From positions 210,001-242,000 of the forward strand of contig CAURWT010000001.1 of the NCBI GenBank assembly GCA_963528875.1: 32,000 nt of DNA. The letters are read 5' to 3'. Each line of letters begins with the position of its first letter. Position 1 is the stretch's first letter. The position numbers and the translations under genes are program-made. Source of the stretch: an uncultured Candidatus Saccharimonas sp. Its GTDB lineage: Bacteria > Patescibacteriota > Saccharimonadia > Saccharimonadales > Saccharimonadaceae. Below the pieces are notes generated by a model that worked only from the letters and a program-made list of their open reading frames with translations, was not told where the DNA came from and ran no database searches. This document shows positions 1 to 8,055 of this stretch, one piece after another.

Positions 1-293
1 AAGAATAATACTAACTCCCAGAATATGTCTTTATAAAAAATGTCAATGCTATCATAGTCTATTTCAAAAATGGTAATTGGGAAATTCTTGGATATATCGT
101 TATGAAATTTTGAAATTAGATGTTTGAAGTTATAAAATTGATTTTCTTTTTTAATTAATTTCAGGATTAAATAGGTTTCTATTAAATTATTAATTTCAGC
201 CGAAGGTCTATAAGCTTTAATGCAGTTTAGAGCTATATCATATTGGTATGGCTCTATTACATTGTTAGGAGTATGAAATCTTTTATGTTGCAT
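1..293 (-). CDS. hypothetical protein, N-terminal part only (ORF runs off the left edge)
   Basis: The minus-strand frame is open from 392 down to position 3. ATG at 293-291 is preceded by GAAGGA about 10 nt upstream. It is absent from the ORF track because it has no stop inside the window. It lies on the same strand, 78 nt downstream of the MmeI-like gene. No domain recognised. Confidence 0.4.
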   Translation of the reverse strand, partial: MQHKRFHTPNNVIEPYQYDIALNCIKAYRPSAEINNLIETYLILKLIKKENQFYNFKHLISKFHNDISKNFPITIFEIDYDSIDIFYKDIFWELVLF

Positions 294-370
294 ATCTGTG
301 ATATCCTTCTTAAATTTGTGCGTTTCTATGTGATGCTTAAAGTAATTGAGTTTATCTTGAAGACTTTTTA

Positions 371-2959
371 TTATTTGGTTTTTGTTATATCTTCATACAT
401 CTCAAACAATCTTGCTACTGTTTCACTTTCGGTTAACCAAGTTTTCTTGCCATCAATATTTTTTTGCATACCATAAGCTTCCATAACCGCTTTATCGTTA
501 GCTTGGTGGGCTTGACGAAGTTCAGCAGGCATGGTTAACTCATCATAGAGATCTGCCAAGGAGCTATCGGGATATAGCGCACGTGCATCAAGAATAGCTT
601 GGGCAGTTTTAGAAATCTTCTCTTTTTGAGCTTCGGTCACTTCTGGCCAAGGGAAGTTGTTGTAAACTATCTTAGCTGAATAACGATAATCTGATTTAAG
701 ACGACCAGCAACCGTACGCATCCAAGCCATATGGACATTAGAAGTTAAAATACTAAAGTCATAAAGAGTAGCATTTGGAATAATTTGTACAGCATCACTT
801 GAAATTATTTGACCATCGATAAAACCAATCGGTATATATCTTCTGTTTTCTGAAGATACCCTTGGAATTAGTAAATAATCATTATCATTATGTCTTATCT
901 CTTGGAATTCCATGGCTCTTTCAGCGCTATCTTGAGTTTGTTTTTTAGGACTATTTTGTCGAAACTCTTTTACTAATTGTATCCTATTTAGAATTGGCGG
1001 AATATTCCGTAAAGTACTAGGATTTTGTCCTACTAACCATAAGCAATATCTTTCTTTATTGTTTATAAATTCTGAAGCTCCATATACTTGCCGTATCATT
1101 AAGTCAGCTTGTGGATATTTCTTAATAAGTTCGTTCTTTTCTTGCAATGTTAAGAAAAGATATCCCCCATCAGTTGGTTTACTGCCATAAACCATTGGTA
1201 AGACTTTGCATATTGGCTTGCTTCTGCTATCAATGAAAATTAGGTCTCCATCGATTAAATATGGATTAATTTGTTGAACAATTATTTTTGTTTCGTTATC
1301 ATAAATAACTTTGTTTTTTGAATTATCCAATACAGAAAATCCAATTATTACACAGTGAACAGCTGCTTTATCTTTTGCTTCACTATTCCACTTAAATGTT
1401 CTGTATGCAAAGTCTATATGGATTCCAAATCGTTCGTAAAGTGGTTTCCAGACACTAGACACTTGCTCTCCCTGAGTTATTGAATTTGTTGATACTAGAG
1501 CAGTTCGTATAGAACTTCCTTGCATTAGGAGGCTCGCTTTAAAATACCATGCTGAAACAAAATCAATTTTGCCAGCTGTTTTATATGGTTTACTGTTCTC
1601 ATCAACATAGACACTCAATAAATCAGCTTTTTGCTTAGGTGATTGGAGTGAATACCCCAAAAATGGTGGATTACCAATAATATAGCTCAACTTATGTTTA
1701 GGAACCACTGTCTCCCAATCAATCTCTAAAGCATTCCCTTCAACAATATTTGTATAAGACTTAAGAGGTAGAAAATCAATGTTTGTATATACAATATCTT
1801 TAGTCTCTTCCAACATTTGGCTTTCTGCAATCCAAAGTGCGGTTTTAGCTACAGAAACGGCAAAGTTATTAATCTCAATGCCATAAAATTGATTCAGTTG
1901 GACTTTGATAAGTTCTTGTCCGACGTCAAGCGCAACAGTGTCTCCCACATAGAGCTTAATGGCTTCATTCTCTAAGCGTCGAAGAGAAACGTATGTTTCC
2001 GTTAAGAAATTCCCAGAACCACAAGCAGGATCAAAGAATATCAAACTCGCTAATTTTGTTTGGAACTGTTTGGCTTTTTGTTCAACTGTTCTAGGTTGCT
2101 TAAATTGACGTATTTCATTTAACTCTTCTTTTAGCTCATCCAAGAATAACGGATCGATAACTTTATGGATATTTTCAATAGAAGTATAGTGCATTCCCCC
2201 GCTTCGACGTGTTTCTGGGTTAAGAGTTGATTCAAACACAGCACCAAAAATAGTTGGGCTGATTTCTGACCAGTCAAAACTAGAGGACGCATACTCTAAA
2301 ATTAGTTCACGAAGTTCATCAGTGAAATTAGGGATTTCTAGATTATTCTCTGCAAACATCCCTCCATTAACATAGGGAAAAGCAAGGATATCATCATCTA
2401 AATAAGGATTATGTTCTTCAATTGGCGTATCTAGTACGGAAAAGAGGTCGATTAAAGCACGTCTAAAATCACGACTACTAAAACGGGCAAGATAATCATG
2501 AAACACCATGTGATGGCCGAAAATACCAGCATCTTCAGCATATAGACAAAATACTAGACGCACGATAAGTTGGTTGATAGCATGTAGACTATCTGGATTG
2601 TCTGGATTGACATATTGTTTTAGTAATCCGTCATAGATTTCACCTACGATTTGCCCAGCCTCCATTGAGACTTTCATTTCGCGTTCTAGGTGCTCATTAG
2701 TTTTGTCAATTAAAAATTCTAAACGATAGGCTTCTTTATCCAAATCAGTAAGTTTAATGACTTTAGGTTCGCCGTTTGGTTGCTCCATATCATAAACATA
2801 GAACTCTTTAAAATTACAAGTCACAATCCAACGTGGACGTTGAGGGTATGGCAAGTTAGCAGAATATCGTTTAGCTTGTTGAAAAGGTGTAAGATAAGTA
2901 CCATCGGACTGTCTAATAGCTTTATTGAGGTCTTTGTTTGCCCCTTTTTGTTCAATCAT
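371..2959 (-). CDS. MmeI-family Type IIL/IIG restriction-modification enzyme (gamma-class N6-adenine DNA methyltransferase plus target-recognition domain); as an ATG-initiated ORF it lacks the nuclease N-terminus
   Basis: Near-colinear similarity to MmeI as recalled: HYTSIENI, motif I FFDPACGSGNFL, motif IV GNPPFLG, FVSTNSITQGEQV, AAVHCVIIGF, SSENRRYIPIGF, YRYSAKIVYNNFPWP, LADLYD..MPAELRQAH. The first Met falls inside the PD-(D/E)XK motif (FIDGFIDKTKV-M-IEQK). Confidence 0.88.
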   Translation of the reverse strand: MIEQKGANKDLNKAIRQSDGTYLTPFQQAKRYSANLPYPQRPRWIVTCNFKEFYVYDMEQPNGEPKVIKLTDLDKEAYRLEFLIDKTNEHLEREMKVSMEAGQIVGEIYDGLLKQYVNPDNPDSLHAINQLIVRLVFCLYAEDAGIFGHHMVFHDYLARFSSRDFRRALIDLFSVLDTPIEEHNPYLDDDILAFPYVNGGMFAENNLEIPNFTDELRELILEYASSSFDWSEISPTIFGAVFESTLNPETRRSGGMHYTSIENIHKVIDPLFLDELKEELNEIRQFKQPRTVEQKAKQFQTKLASLIFFDPACGSGNFLTETYVSLRRLENEAIKLYVGDTVALDVGQELIKVQLNQFYGIEINNFAVSVAKTALWIAESQMLEETKDIVYTNIDFLPLKSYTNIVEGNALEIDWETVVPKHKLSYIIGNPPFLGYSLQSPKQKADLLSVYVDENSKPYKTAGKIDFVSAWYFKASLLMQGSSIRTALVSTNSITQGEQVSSVWKPLYERFGIHIDFAYRTFKWNSEAKDKAAVHCVIIGFSVLDNSKNKVIYDNETKIIVQQINPYLIDGDLIFIDSRSKPICKVLPMVYGSKPTDGGYLFLTLQEKNELIKKYPQADLMIRQVYGASEFINNKERYCLWLVGQNPSTLRNIPPILNRIQLVKEFRQNSPKKQTQDSAERAMEFQEIRHNDNDYLLIPRVSSENRRYIPIGFIDGQIISSDAVQIIPNATLYDFSILTSNVHMAWMRTVAGRLKSDYRYSAKIVYNNFPWPEVTEAQKEKISKTAQAILDARALYPDSSLADLYDELTMPAELRQAHQANDKAVMEAYGMQKNIDGKKTWLTESETVARLFEMYEDITKTK

Positions 2960-3196
2960 AACCTTTGTTTTATCGATGAAACCATCGATGAAGCTAGTGT
3001 GATCTAACGCTACTGTATTTTCAAAACTAATATATTCTGTTGGGTTTTCAATCCTATAAACAGATTGAAGTAAGTCTAACCAGAAAGACTGACTATCTTG
3101 CCTTTCGTTTCCTCTATTTTTCCAGCGTTTAATAAATGCTTTAGCTTGCTTTCTTTACTCTCGGATATTATTCACTTTATGCTCTCCAACTACCAT
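2960..3196 (-). pseudogene. 5' remnant of the same RM reading frame: ATG at 3196, 13 codons, in-frame TAA at 3157-3155, then 65 sense codons encoding the conserved N-terminal nuclease region
   Basis: Hand translation in frame with 371..2959 gives MVVGEHKVNNIRE*RKQAKAFIKRWKNRGNERQDSQSFWLDLLQSVYRIENPTEYISFENTVALDHTSFIDGFIDKTKV-MIEQK. No ATG/GTG/TTG lies between the TAA and the Met at 2959. Confidence 0.65.
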
Positions 3197-3207
3197 ATTA
3201 TTTTGAT

Positions 3208-3330
3208 TTATTTATGTAATAAATCCTTTAAAGTTTTAATAATTTTATTTTTATCTGTTTCTGATAATTCATACTCTCTTAATAAACTAACATTTTCTTC
3301 TAGTCCTGCATTTAGTCGGACTTTTTTCAT
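3208..3330 (-). CDS. possible 40-aa small ORF immediately upstream of the RM frame
   Basis: Hand translation gives MKKVRLNAGLEENVSLLREYELSETDKNKIIKTLKDLLHK*. The stop lies 11 nt before the ATG at 3196. The SD is weak, no homology is recognised, and it could be chance. Confidence 0.2.
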   Translation of the reverse strand: MKKVRLNAGLEENVSLLREYELSETDKNKIIKTLKDLLHK

Positions 3331-3369
3331 ATTTTCCAACTATTTGAAACTTGATGGTGGTTTTTAAAA

Positions 3370-4413
3370 TTATTTTACTAATTCAACTTTAAGCTTTTCA
3401 ATTAATTCTACAGGTGTTGGATCTACATTATTTAAGATAGCAAGATAAATACTAACAAAATCTGCTAGAATCGATCCCCAAAGCACTTGCTCGAGATAAG
3501 TTGAACCTTTTAGCTCAATATTTCGTGCTGCTGGGCGTTTTCCGCTTAAAAGCCTATCTGATATCTCAAATCGTTTTTGAACGCGTGGATGGTCAAAATT
3601 GCTGCGTAGATTAAATATTGCGAAAAGTTTTTCGACTGGGTGTGAGCTCCAACCGATAAATTCATTATGATTAAATTCCGGATATTCATTAAAGAAGCTA
3701 ATATTCTTAGCATTTTCATTCCAAGAAATTTTCCATTTATAAGCTAGCGGTGAAAATTCACTCGAACTCAAAAATACTGCACTTCGCCCTGCTGAATAAA
3801 GCGCTAATTGTTTGGCATAATTCCGCTCATTCGAAACACTTGCTGCCCAAGATTCGCTTTCTTTTCGCAAAAAATCGGCGTAATGTTCAATTTCTTCGTG
3901 TTTTTCATTCGAAATAATCCCAAAATTTACCAAAATTTTAGTTAAAGCTCTAAAATTATAAACTACCGCCATTCGAGGTTGAAGACCTGTTGGTAATTTA
4001 ACATGAGCAATTTCATTTTTACGAGCAATTTCTTCCATCTTTCCGTGCGAAGAAACTGTGGCAACTTGTGCGCCAATTTCAATTGCTTGATTTAATGCTG
4101 AAATTGACTCTTCTGTATTTCCAGAATACGAGCTTGCGATCACTAAAGTATTTTTCGAAACACTTTTTGGTAAATTATAATTTCGAATAATTTCGATTGG
4201 CAAAGTTATCTCATTTTCGAGCCATTTTTTCACAATTAAACCAGCTAAAGCTGAGCCACCCATTCCTGTAATAACAATATTTTTGATTTCACGGCCATCA
4301 TTTTCTGGTGAAATAACTTCAGCTTGAAAAAGCGCCTGTTTCCACTGCTCGCTAGCGACTAAAAGCGCATTTTGCGGGTCGCGCTGAACCAATAAATTAA
4401 AATCATCTAACAT
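3370..4413 (-). CDS. bifunctional phosphoglucose/phosphomannose isomerase (SIS-domain PGI/PMI family)
   Basis: SIS-domain motifs GMGGSALAG and SSYSGNTEE. Length of 347 aa is typical of the small PGI/PMI family. SD AAGGGTGG lies upstream of the ATG. Confidence 0.8.
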   Translation of the reverse strand: MLDDFNLLVQRDPQNALLVASEQWKQALFQAEVISPENDGREIKNIVITGMGGSALAGLIVKKWLENEITLPIEIIRNYNLPKSVSKNTLVIASSYSGNTEESISALNQAIEIGAQVATVSSHGKMEEIARKNEIAHVKLPTGLQPRMAVVYNFRALTKILVNFGIISNEKHEEIEHYADFLRKESESWAASVSNERNYAKQLALYSAGRSAVFLSSSEFSPLAYKWKISWNENAKNISFFNEYPEFNHNEFIGWSSHPVEKLFAIFNLRSNFDHPRVQKRFEISDRLLSGKRPAARNIELKGSTYLEQVLWGSILADFVSIYLAILNNVDPTPVELIEKLKVELVK

Positions 4414-4511
4414 TTTCCACCCTTTCGAAAAAAATAATCTTGATTATGCTTTAATTCTATGATACAATATAACTAATAAAAAGTAAAGTCAATTAAATAT
4501 AAAGGTGGGTT

Positions 4512-4973
4512 ATGGAAATTGATATGAACCAAACAAGTAAAATGCCAGTTAGCGACGATCCAGAGCTCGCTAAGATTCTTTCTGGTGTTAGCGGTTCTTC
4601 AGATGATTCTGATGATAATCAAAGCACTGATGAACTCCAATATGAAGATTTAAACCAAGTTGAGGTTCCAGTTACTGAAGAAGTTCAACCAGTTGTTGAA
4701 CAAACTCAGTCAACTGTAATGCCAAGTTTTGGTGGTTTAGATTTAGATACAATTAAAGGTCATGCTCTTGAAGATTTACGACCATTAGTTGATAAATTAA
4801 CAGTTTCGAATGAAGAAAAATTTGATATTTATCTTTTACTTCTCCGCTCAAGTGATGATAATACTTTAATTGAACCAGCTTATAATGCTGCTCGAATGAT
4901 TGAAGATGAGACAAAGCGTGCAAACGCGCTTCTCGATGTGATTAAAGAGATTGATTACTTTAAATCAAAATAA
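4512..4973 (+). CDS. acidic hypothetical protein
   Basis: 153-aa ORF with a D/E/S-rich N-terminal half. AAAGGTGGG lies upstream and a strong terminator follows. No domain recognised. Confidence 0.6.
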   Translation: MEIDMNQTSKMPVSDDPELAKILSGVSGSSDDSDDNQSTDELQYEDLNQVEVPVTEEVQPVVEQTQSTVMPSFGGLDLDTIKGHALEDLRPLVDKLTVSNEEKFDIYLLLLRSSDDNTLIEPAYNAARMIEDETKRANALLDVIKEIDYFKSK

Positions 4974-4979
4974 TTATAA

Positions 4980-5020
4980 AAACTGCGATAGATTTTAAAC
5001 TATCGCAGTTTTTATATTTT
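4980..5020 (+). terminator. Rho-independent terminator
   Basis: A 12-bp perfect stem, AAACTGCGATAG (4980-4991) / CTATCGCAGTTT (5000-5011), runs into TTTTTATATTTT. Confidence 0.75.
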
Positions 5021-5114
5021 CTGAAATCTTAAATTGAACTCAGGATTTTATAAAAATACCTAGAAATCAATAAAAATAGACCCTAAGTTCAGAGCCTATT
5101 TTTCTTTTTCGAAA

Positions 5115-7538
5115 TTAGATTTTTTTCGAATTTTTCTTTAATTTTTTAGCAAAGAATACAATTATTGGTGTGAAAATTGCAGCGACTAAACTAATCAAAA
5201 CTAATATAGTAGTGTTGTCTTGTTGGTTTTGTTTTTCGCGTAAATATCCAGTTTCTGGAGAATTTAAGCGTTGCTTTGCAATTTCCTCATTGCGTTTTTT
5301 AATAGCTTCTGCAAGCTTATCTGCTTCAATTTGAGATTCTTTTTGCTTGATAGAATTTTTAATTTCTTGCAATTTTTCGCTTAATTCTTGGCGTTTTTTC
5401 TCATCTTTAACTTTCGAAATTAAATTCTCAATATTTTCGATATCAACAGCCGGAAGCTCATTTTTCTTCGTTTTGTTATCTTCAACGATTTTTTCAACTT
5501 CTTTTAGTTTATCTTCAGATGATTTTTGGCGCTCGCTTTCTGCTTTTTTAGCTTTTTCGATAGCCGACTTCAATTCATCTTCCGCTTTTTTAATTTCTTC
5601 GAAAGTTGGATTATCTGCTTTTTGAACTTCTTTAGCTTTATCGGCTTCAGTTTTAACTTCATCTTTCAGCCATTTTTGTGAGTCTTCGAAATATTTAATT
5701 TGTGAATTTAGGGCTGTTTTATCAGCTCGCAAACCATTCAAAGCGCTTTCAAGTTCATTGATTGCTTCTAAGATTTCACTCTCTGAGGCAAGGTTTTCGG
5801 TTGAATTTTTTATCGCCTCGGCAGTTTTAAGTTGGCTTGAAATATTTAAGTTTGACGCCGCATTTACAACTTCTTGCAACTGTGCTAAAGTTTCCTTAGA
5901 AAAATTATTAAGATTTTTTAAATTAGCAATTTTGTCTAAAGTTTGTTCCAACTTTTTGGTATTTTTATTATAGCGTTCAGCAATTTTCTCTAACTCTTTA
6001 AGATTTGCTTGTTTCGCTACAGGGTCAAGAATCTTATCATTTTCATTCATGACATCCTTAAAATCGGCGATATATTCAATCACTTTCTTTAATTCGTTGA
6101 TCGCGTTTGAAATATCAGTTTTACGCTCATTTTCTAGAGCTACGATTTCAGCAATTTTATTATTTAAAGAATCTGCTGCATTTTTAACGTCATCGTTGGT
6201 TATTCCTAAAGGTTGTGTTGCAGTACGTTTAACCTCAGTTAATAAATTAGCAGGGATTGCATTTTTAATATAATCTGGCTGTTTTTCGAAATTTTCAAGA
6301 GCTTTTTTAGCTGGCTCACGAGAAGCGAAAGTAGTCAAAAGCCTAAATTGAGCGGTCGTGGTATTTCCATATTTATTTGTAGCCTTAGCTGTAATCAAAT
6401 AATCGCCATTTATTTGGTTTTCTTTATTGCTGAATACCTCTTCGGCATCAGTTGTGAAAGAAGTAATATATGATGTTGGGCTAGTTGCTGTAAAGAAATT
6501 TCCGCCAGCTTGGGGGCTATAATTCTTCTTAAAAGATTCTATTATAGCATCATTAATTGTAGAATTATTTTGTCTTGGCTTGTCCCAAACTAATGGCGAG
6601 CCTTCTTTCAATGGAATACTGTTACCCTGAATATTGAAATTAATTTCTGGTTTTTCGTTTAAGTTAAAGTTTATATTTTCTACTGTTACATTAGACGTAT
6701 TATAGTCATCACTTTGATTATCTATAGCATTTCCATTAGGTAGAGTATATTTTTTATTTATAACGCTAAAAGTATCTGTGCCTGTAAATTTATCTAAGTT
6801 AACCTTAATATATCCACCATCTTGTTGTGGATTTCCATTTTTATCTGTATTTATAAAAGTTTGATTATTTTCTATTGGCATAATCGTGCCATCAAAGTTA
6901 ATAAAAGGATTTTTAAAAATTCTTTGGCCTGCTGAAAGATTTATCGTTACATTTTCGCTTGCAATTCCATAAACTTTTGCTTTCGGCAAATCTTTAAGTG
7001 GCGAAAAATCTGTTGCTTTAGTATGGTGAATCCATAGCAACTCAACCTTTTTCCAGTTTTTAACATATGAAATATCGCTAACGCTGTTCATTCCAACATA
7101 AGCTGTCTCTATATTCTGGAGACCCGCTGCAGCAGACATGTCCTTTAACGACCAGATTGTATGAACATGAATTAATTTTAAGTTTGTGAAATACTGAATA
7201 CCTTCCATATTCTCAAAATTTCGATACGCATCTTCTGGCCAAAACTCTGTCATTGTTTTAGCTACACCAGCTGTAATTGGACTATCCAGTGTTCGGCTTG
7301 GATCACTTTTCATTAAAACCGAATTTAATGCACGCTTAAAATTCACATCTGTAAATTTAATTTCATAACTATCCGGAGCATTGCTTGGATCAACGGGGTT
7401 CACCGCTGAAGTATAAGCTGATGCTTTCGAAAAAATATTTTGTTTGCTGACAATTTGTGTTCCATAGTACCCACCACCGAGTGCTAGAACCGCTACCGTC
7501 ATTGCTGGTAATAAAATTCTATTATTCTTTACTTTCAT
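5115..7538 (-). CDS. large surface protein: signal/anchor, leucine-rich repeats, long coiled coil, LPXTG-like C-terminal sorting signal
   Basis: N-terminal hydrophobic LLPAMTVAVLALGG. Internalin-like LRR segment at about aa 95-200. K/E-rich heptad region at about aa 400-760. The C-terminus is SPETG, 13 polar aa, a 21-aa hydrophobic segment, then KKLKKNSKKI. SD AAGGAAAG lies upstream. Confidence 0.8.
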   Translation of the reverse strand: MKVKNNRILLPAMTVAVLALGGGYYGTQIVSKQNIFSKASAYTSAVNPVDPSNAPDSYEIKFTDVNFKRALNSVLMKSDPSRTLDSPITAGVAKTMTEFWPEDAYRNFENMEGIQYFTNLKLIHVHTIWSLKDMSAAAGLQNIETAYVGMNSVSDISYVKNWKKVELLWIHHTKATDFSPLKDLPKAKVYGIASENVTINLSAGQRIFKNPFINFDGTIMPIENNQTFINTDKNGNPQQDGGYIKVNLDKFTGTDTFSVINKKYTLPNGNAIDNQSDDYNTSNVTVENINFNLNEKPEINFNIQGNSIPLKEGSPLVWDKPRQNNSTINDAIIESFKKNYSPQAGGNFFTATSPTSYITSFTTDAEEVFSNKENQINGDYLITAKATNKYGNTTTAQFRLLTTFASREPAKKALENFEKQPDYIKNAIPANLLTEVKRTATQPLGITNDDVKNAADSLNNKIAEIVALENERKTDISNAINELKKVIEYIADFKDVMNENDKILDPVAKQANLKELEKIAERYNKNTKKLEQTLDKIANLKNLNNFSKETLAQLQEVVNAASNLNISSQLKTAEAIKNSTENLASESEILEAINELESALNGLRADKTALNSQIKYFEDSQKWLKDEVKTEADKAKEVQKADNPTFEEIKKAEDELKSAIEKAKKAESERQKSSEDKLKEVEKIVEDNKTKKNELPAVDIENIENLISKVKDEKKRQELSEKLQEIKNSIKQKESQIEADKLAEAIKKRNEEIAKQRLNSPETGYLREKQNQQDNTTILVLISLVAAIFTPIIVFFAKKLKKNSKKI

Positions 7539-7586
7539 TTAATCTTTCCTTGAATATATTTATGCTTATTCTATTTTACTAAATAT

Positions 7587-7615
7587 TTGCAAAAAAATCA
7601 ATAGTGTGCTAAAAT
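7587..7615 (+). promoter_or_regulatory. sigma70-type promoter (TTGCAA-17-TGcTAAAAT)
   Basis: -35 TTGCAA at 7587-7592, 17-nt spacer, extended -10 TGcTAAAAT ending at 7615. It is followed by a short leader with SD GGGGTGG. Confidence 0.55.
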
Positions 7616-7645
7616 TTAAATACTTTTCGAAAAGGGGTGGAAGAA

Positions 7646-7981
7646 ATGAAAAAAGTACATTTGCACAGGTTCGGTAAAACTGATATATTTTTTTCGATAG
7701 CTGTTACTCTGTCTACTGAAAGAGTTAAAGAGCCTGAAAAATCCTATTTGCTTAAAGATCAGTCTAATTTTAGGGAATTAATCCTTGAGATTGAGACTAA
7801 AGAGCCAACTGGGATCTTTCAAAAAAGGAATTTCTTTTTTGGATTAGATGAAGAAAATCTTGAAGAAGCTAAATTTGCATTTCATAATAATGAAATTGCA
7901 AATTGGTATATTCGAAGAATTAAATCTTCAGATGTTAACTTCAGCTCGTTCATCGATCGGTTAGATAGCCAAACCATTTAA
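7646..7981 (+). CDS. hypothetical protein
   Basis: The ORF-track frame 7637..7981 begins with GTG. ATG at 7646 sits 5 nt after GGGGTGG and is the more likely start. No domain recognised. Confidence 0.55.
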   Translation: MKKVHLHRFGKTDIFFSIAVTLSTERVKEPEKSYLLKDQSNFRELILEIETKEPTGIFQKRNFFFGLDEENLEEAKFAFHNNEIANWYIRRIKSSDVNFSSFIDRLDSQTI

Positions 7982-7987
7982 ATTTAA

Positions 7988-8018
7988 GCCGTTCGAAAGA
8001 ACGGTTTTTATTTTTTTT
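7988..8018 (+). terminator. Rho-independent terminator with GAAA tetraloop
   Basis: CCGTTC-GAAA-GAACGG (7989-8004) is followed by TTTTTATTTTTTTT. The stem-loop itself contains a TTCGAA copy. Confidence 0.6.
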
Positions 8019-8026
8019 CGAAAACT

Positions 8027-8052
8027 AAAATCGCCCGAAAATGAGCGATTTT
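8027..8052 (-). terminator. candidate terminator of murE
   Basis: AAAATCGC (8027-8034) pairs with GCGATTTT (8045-8052), starting 4 nt after the murE stop. The A/T-rich stem ends supply the U-tract. Confidence 0.4.
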
Positions 8053-8055
8053 TTG

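Noticed and set aside
243-476. Plus-strand 77-aa ORF overlapping the 3' end of the RM gene, and similar plus-strand ORFs at 2780..3007 and 3098..3367
   Set aside because: They lie antisense to, or between, well-supported minus-strand genes. Their composition is hydrophobic, low-complexity and AT-driven, and they have no SD or promoter. The region is better explained by the minus-strand partial ORF, the RM frame and its 5' remnant.
5347-6273. Three plus-strand ORFs (5347..5625, 5758..5973, 6049..6273) inside the surface-protein gene
   Set aside because: They are antisense translations of the K/E-rich coiled coil and give F/S/L-rich nonsense. No independent signals support them.
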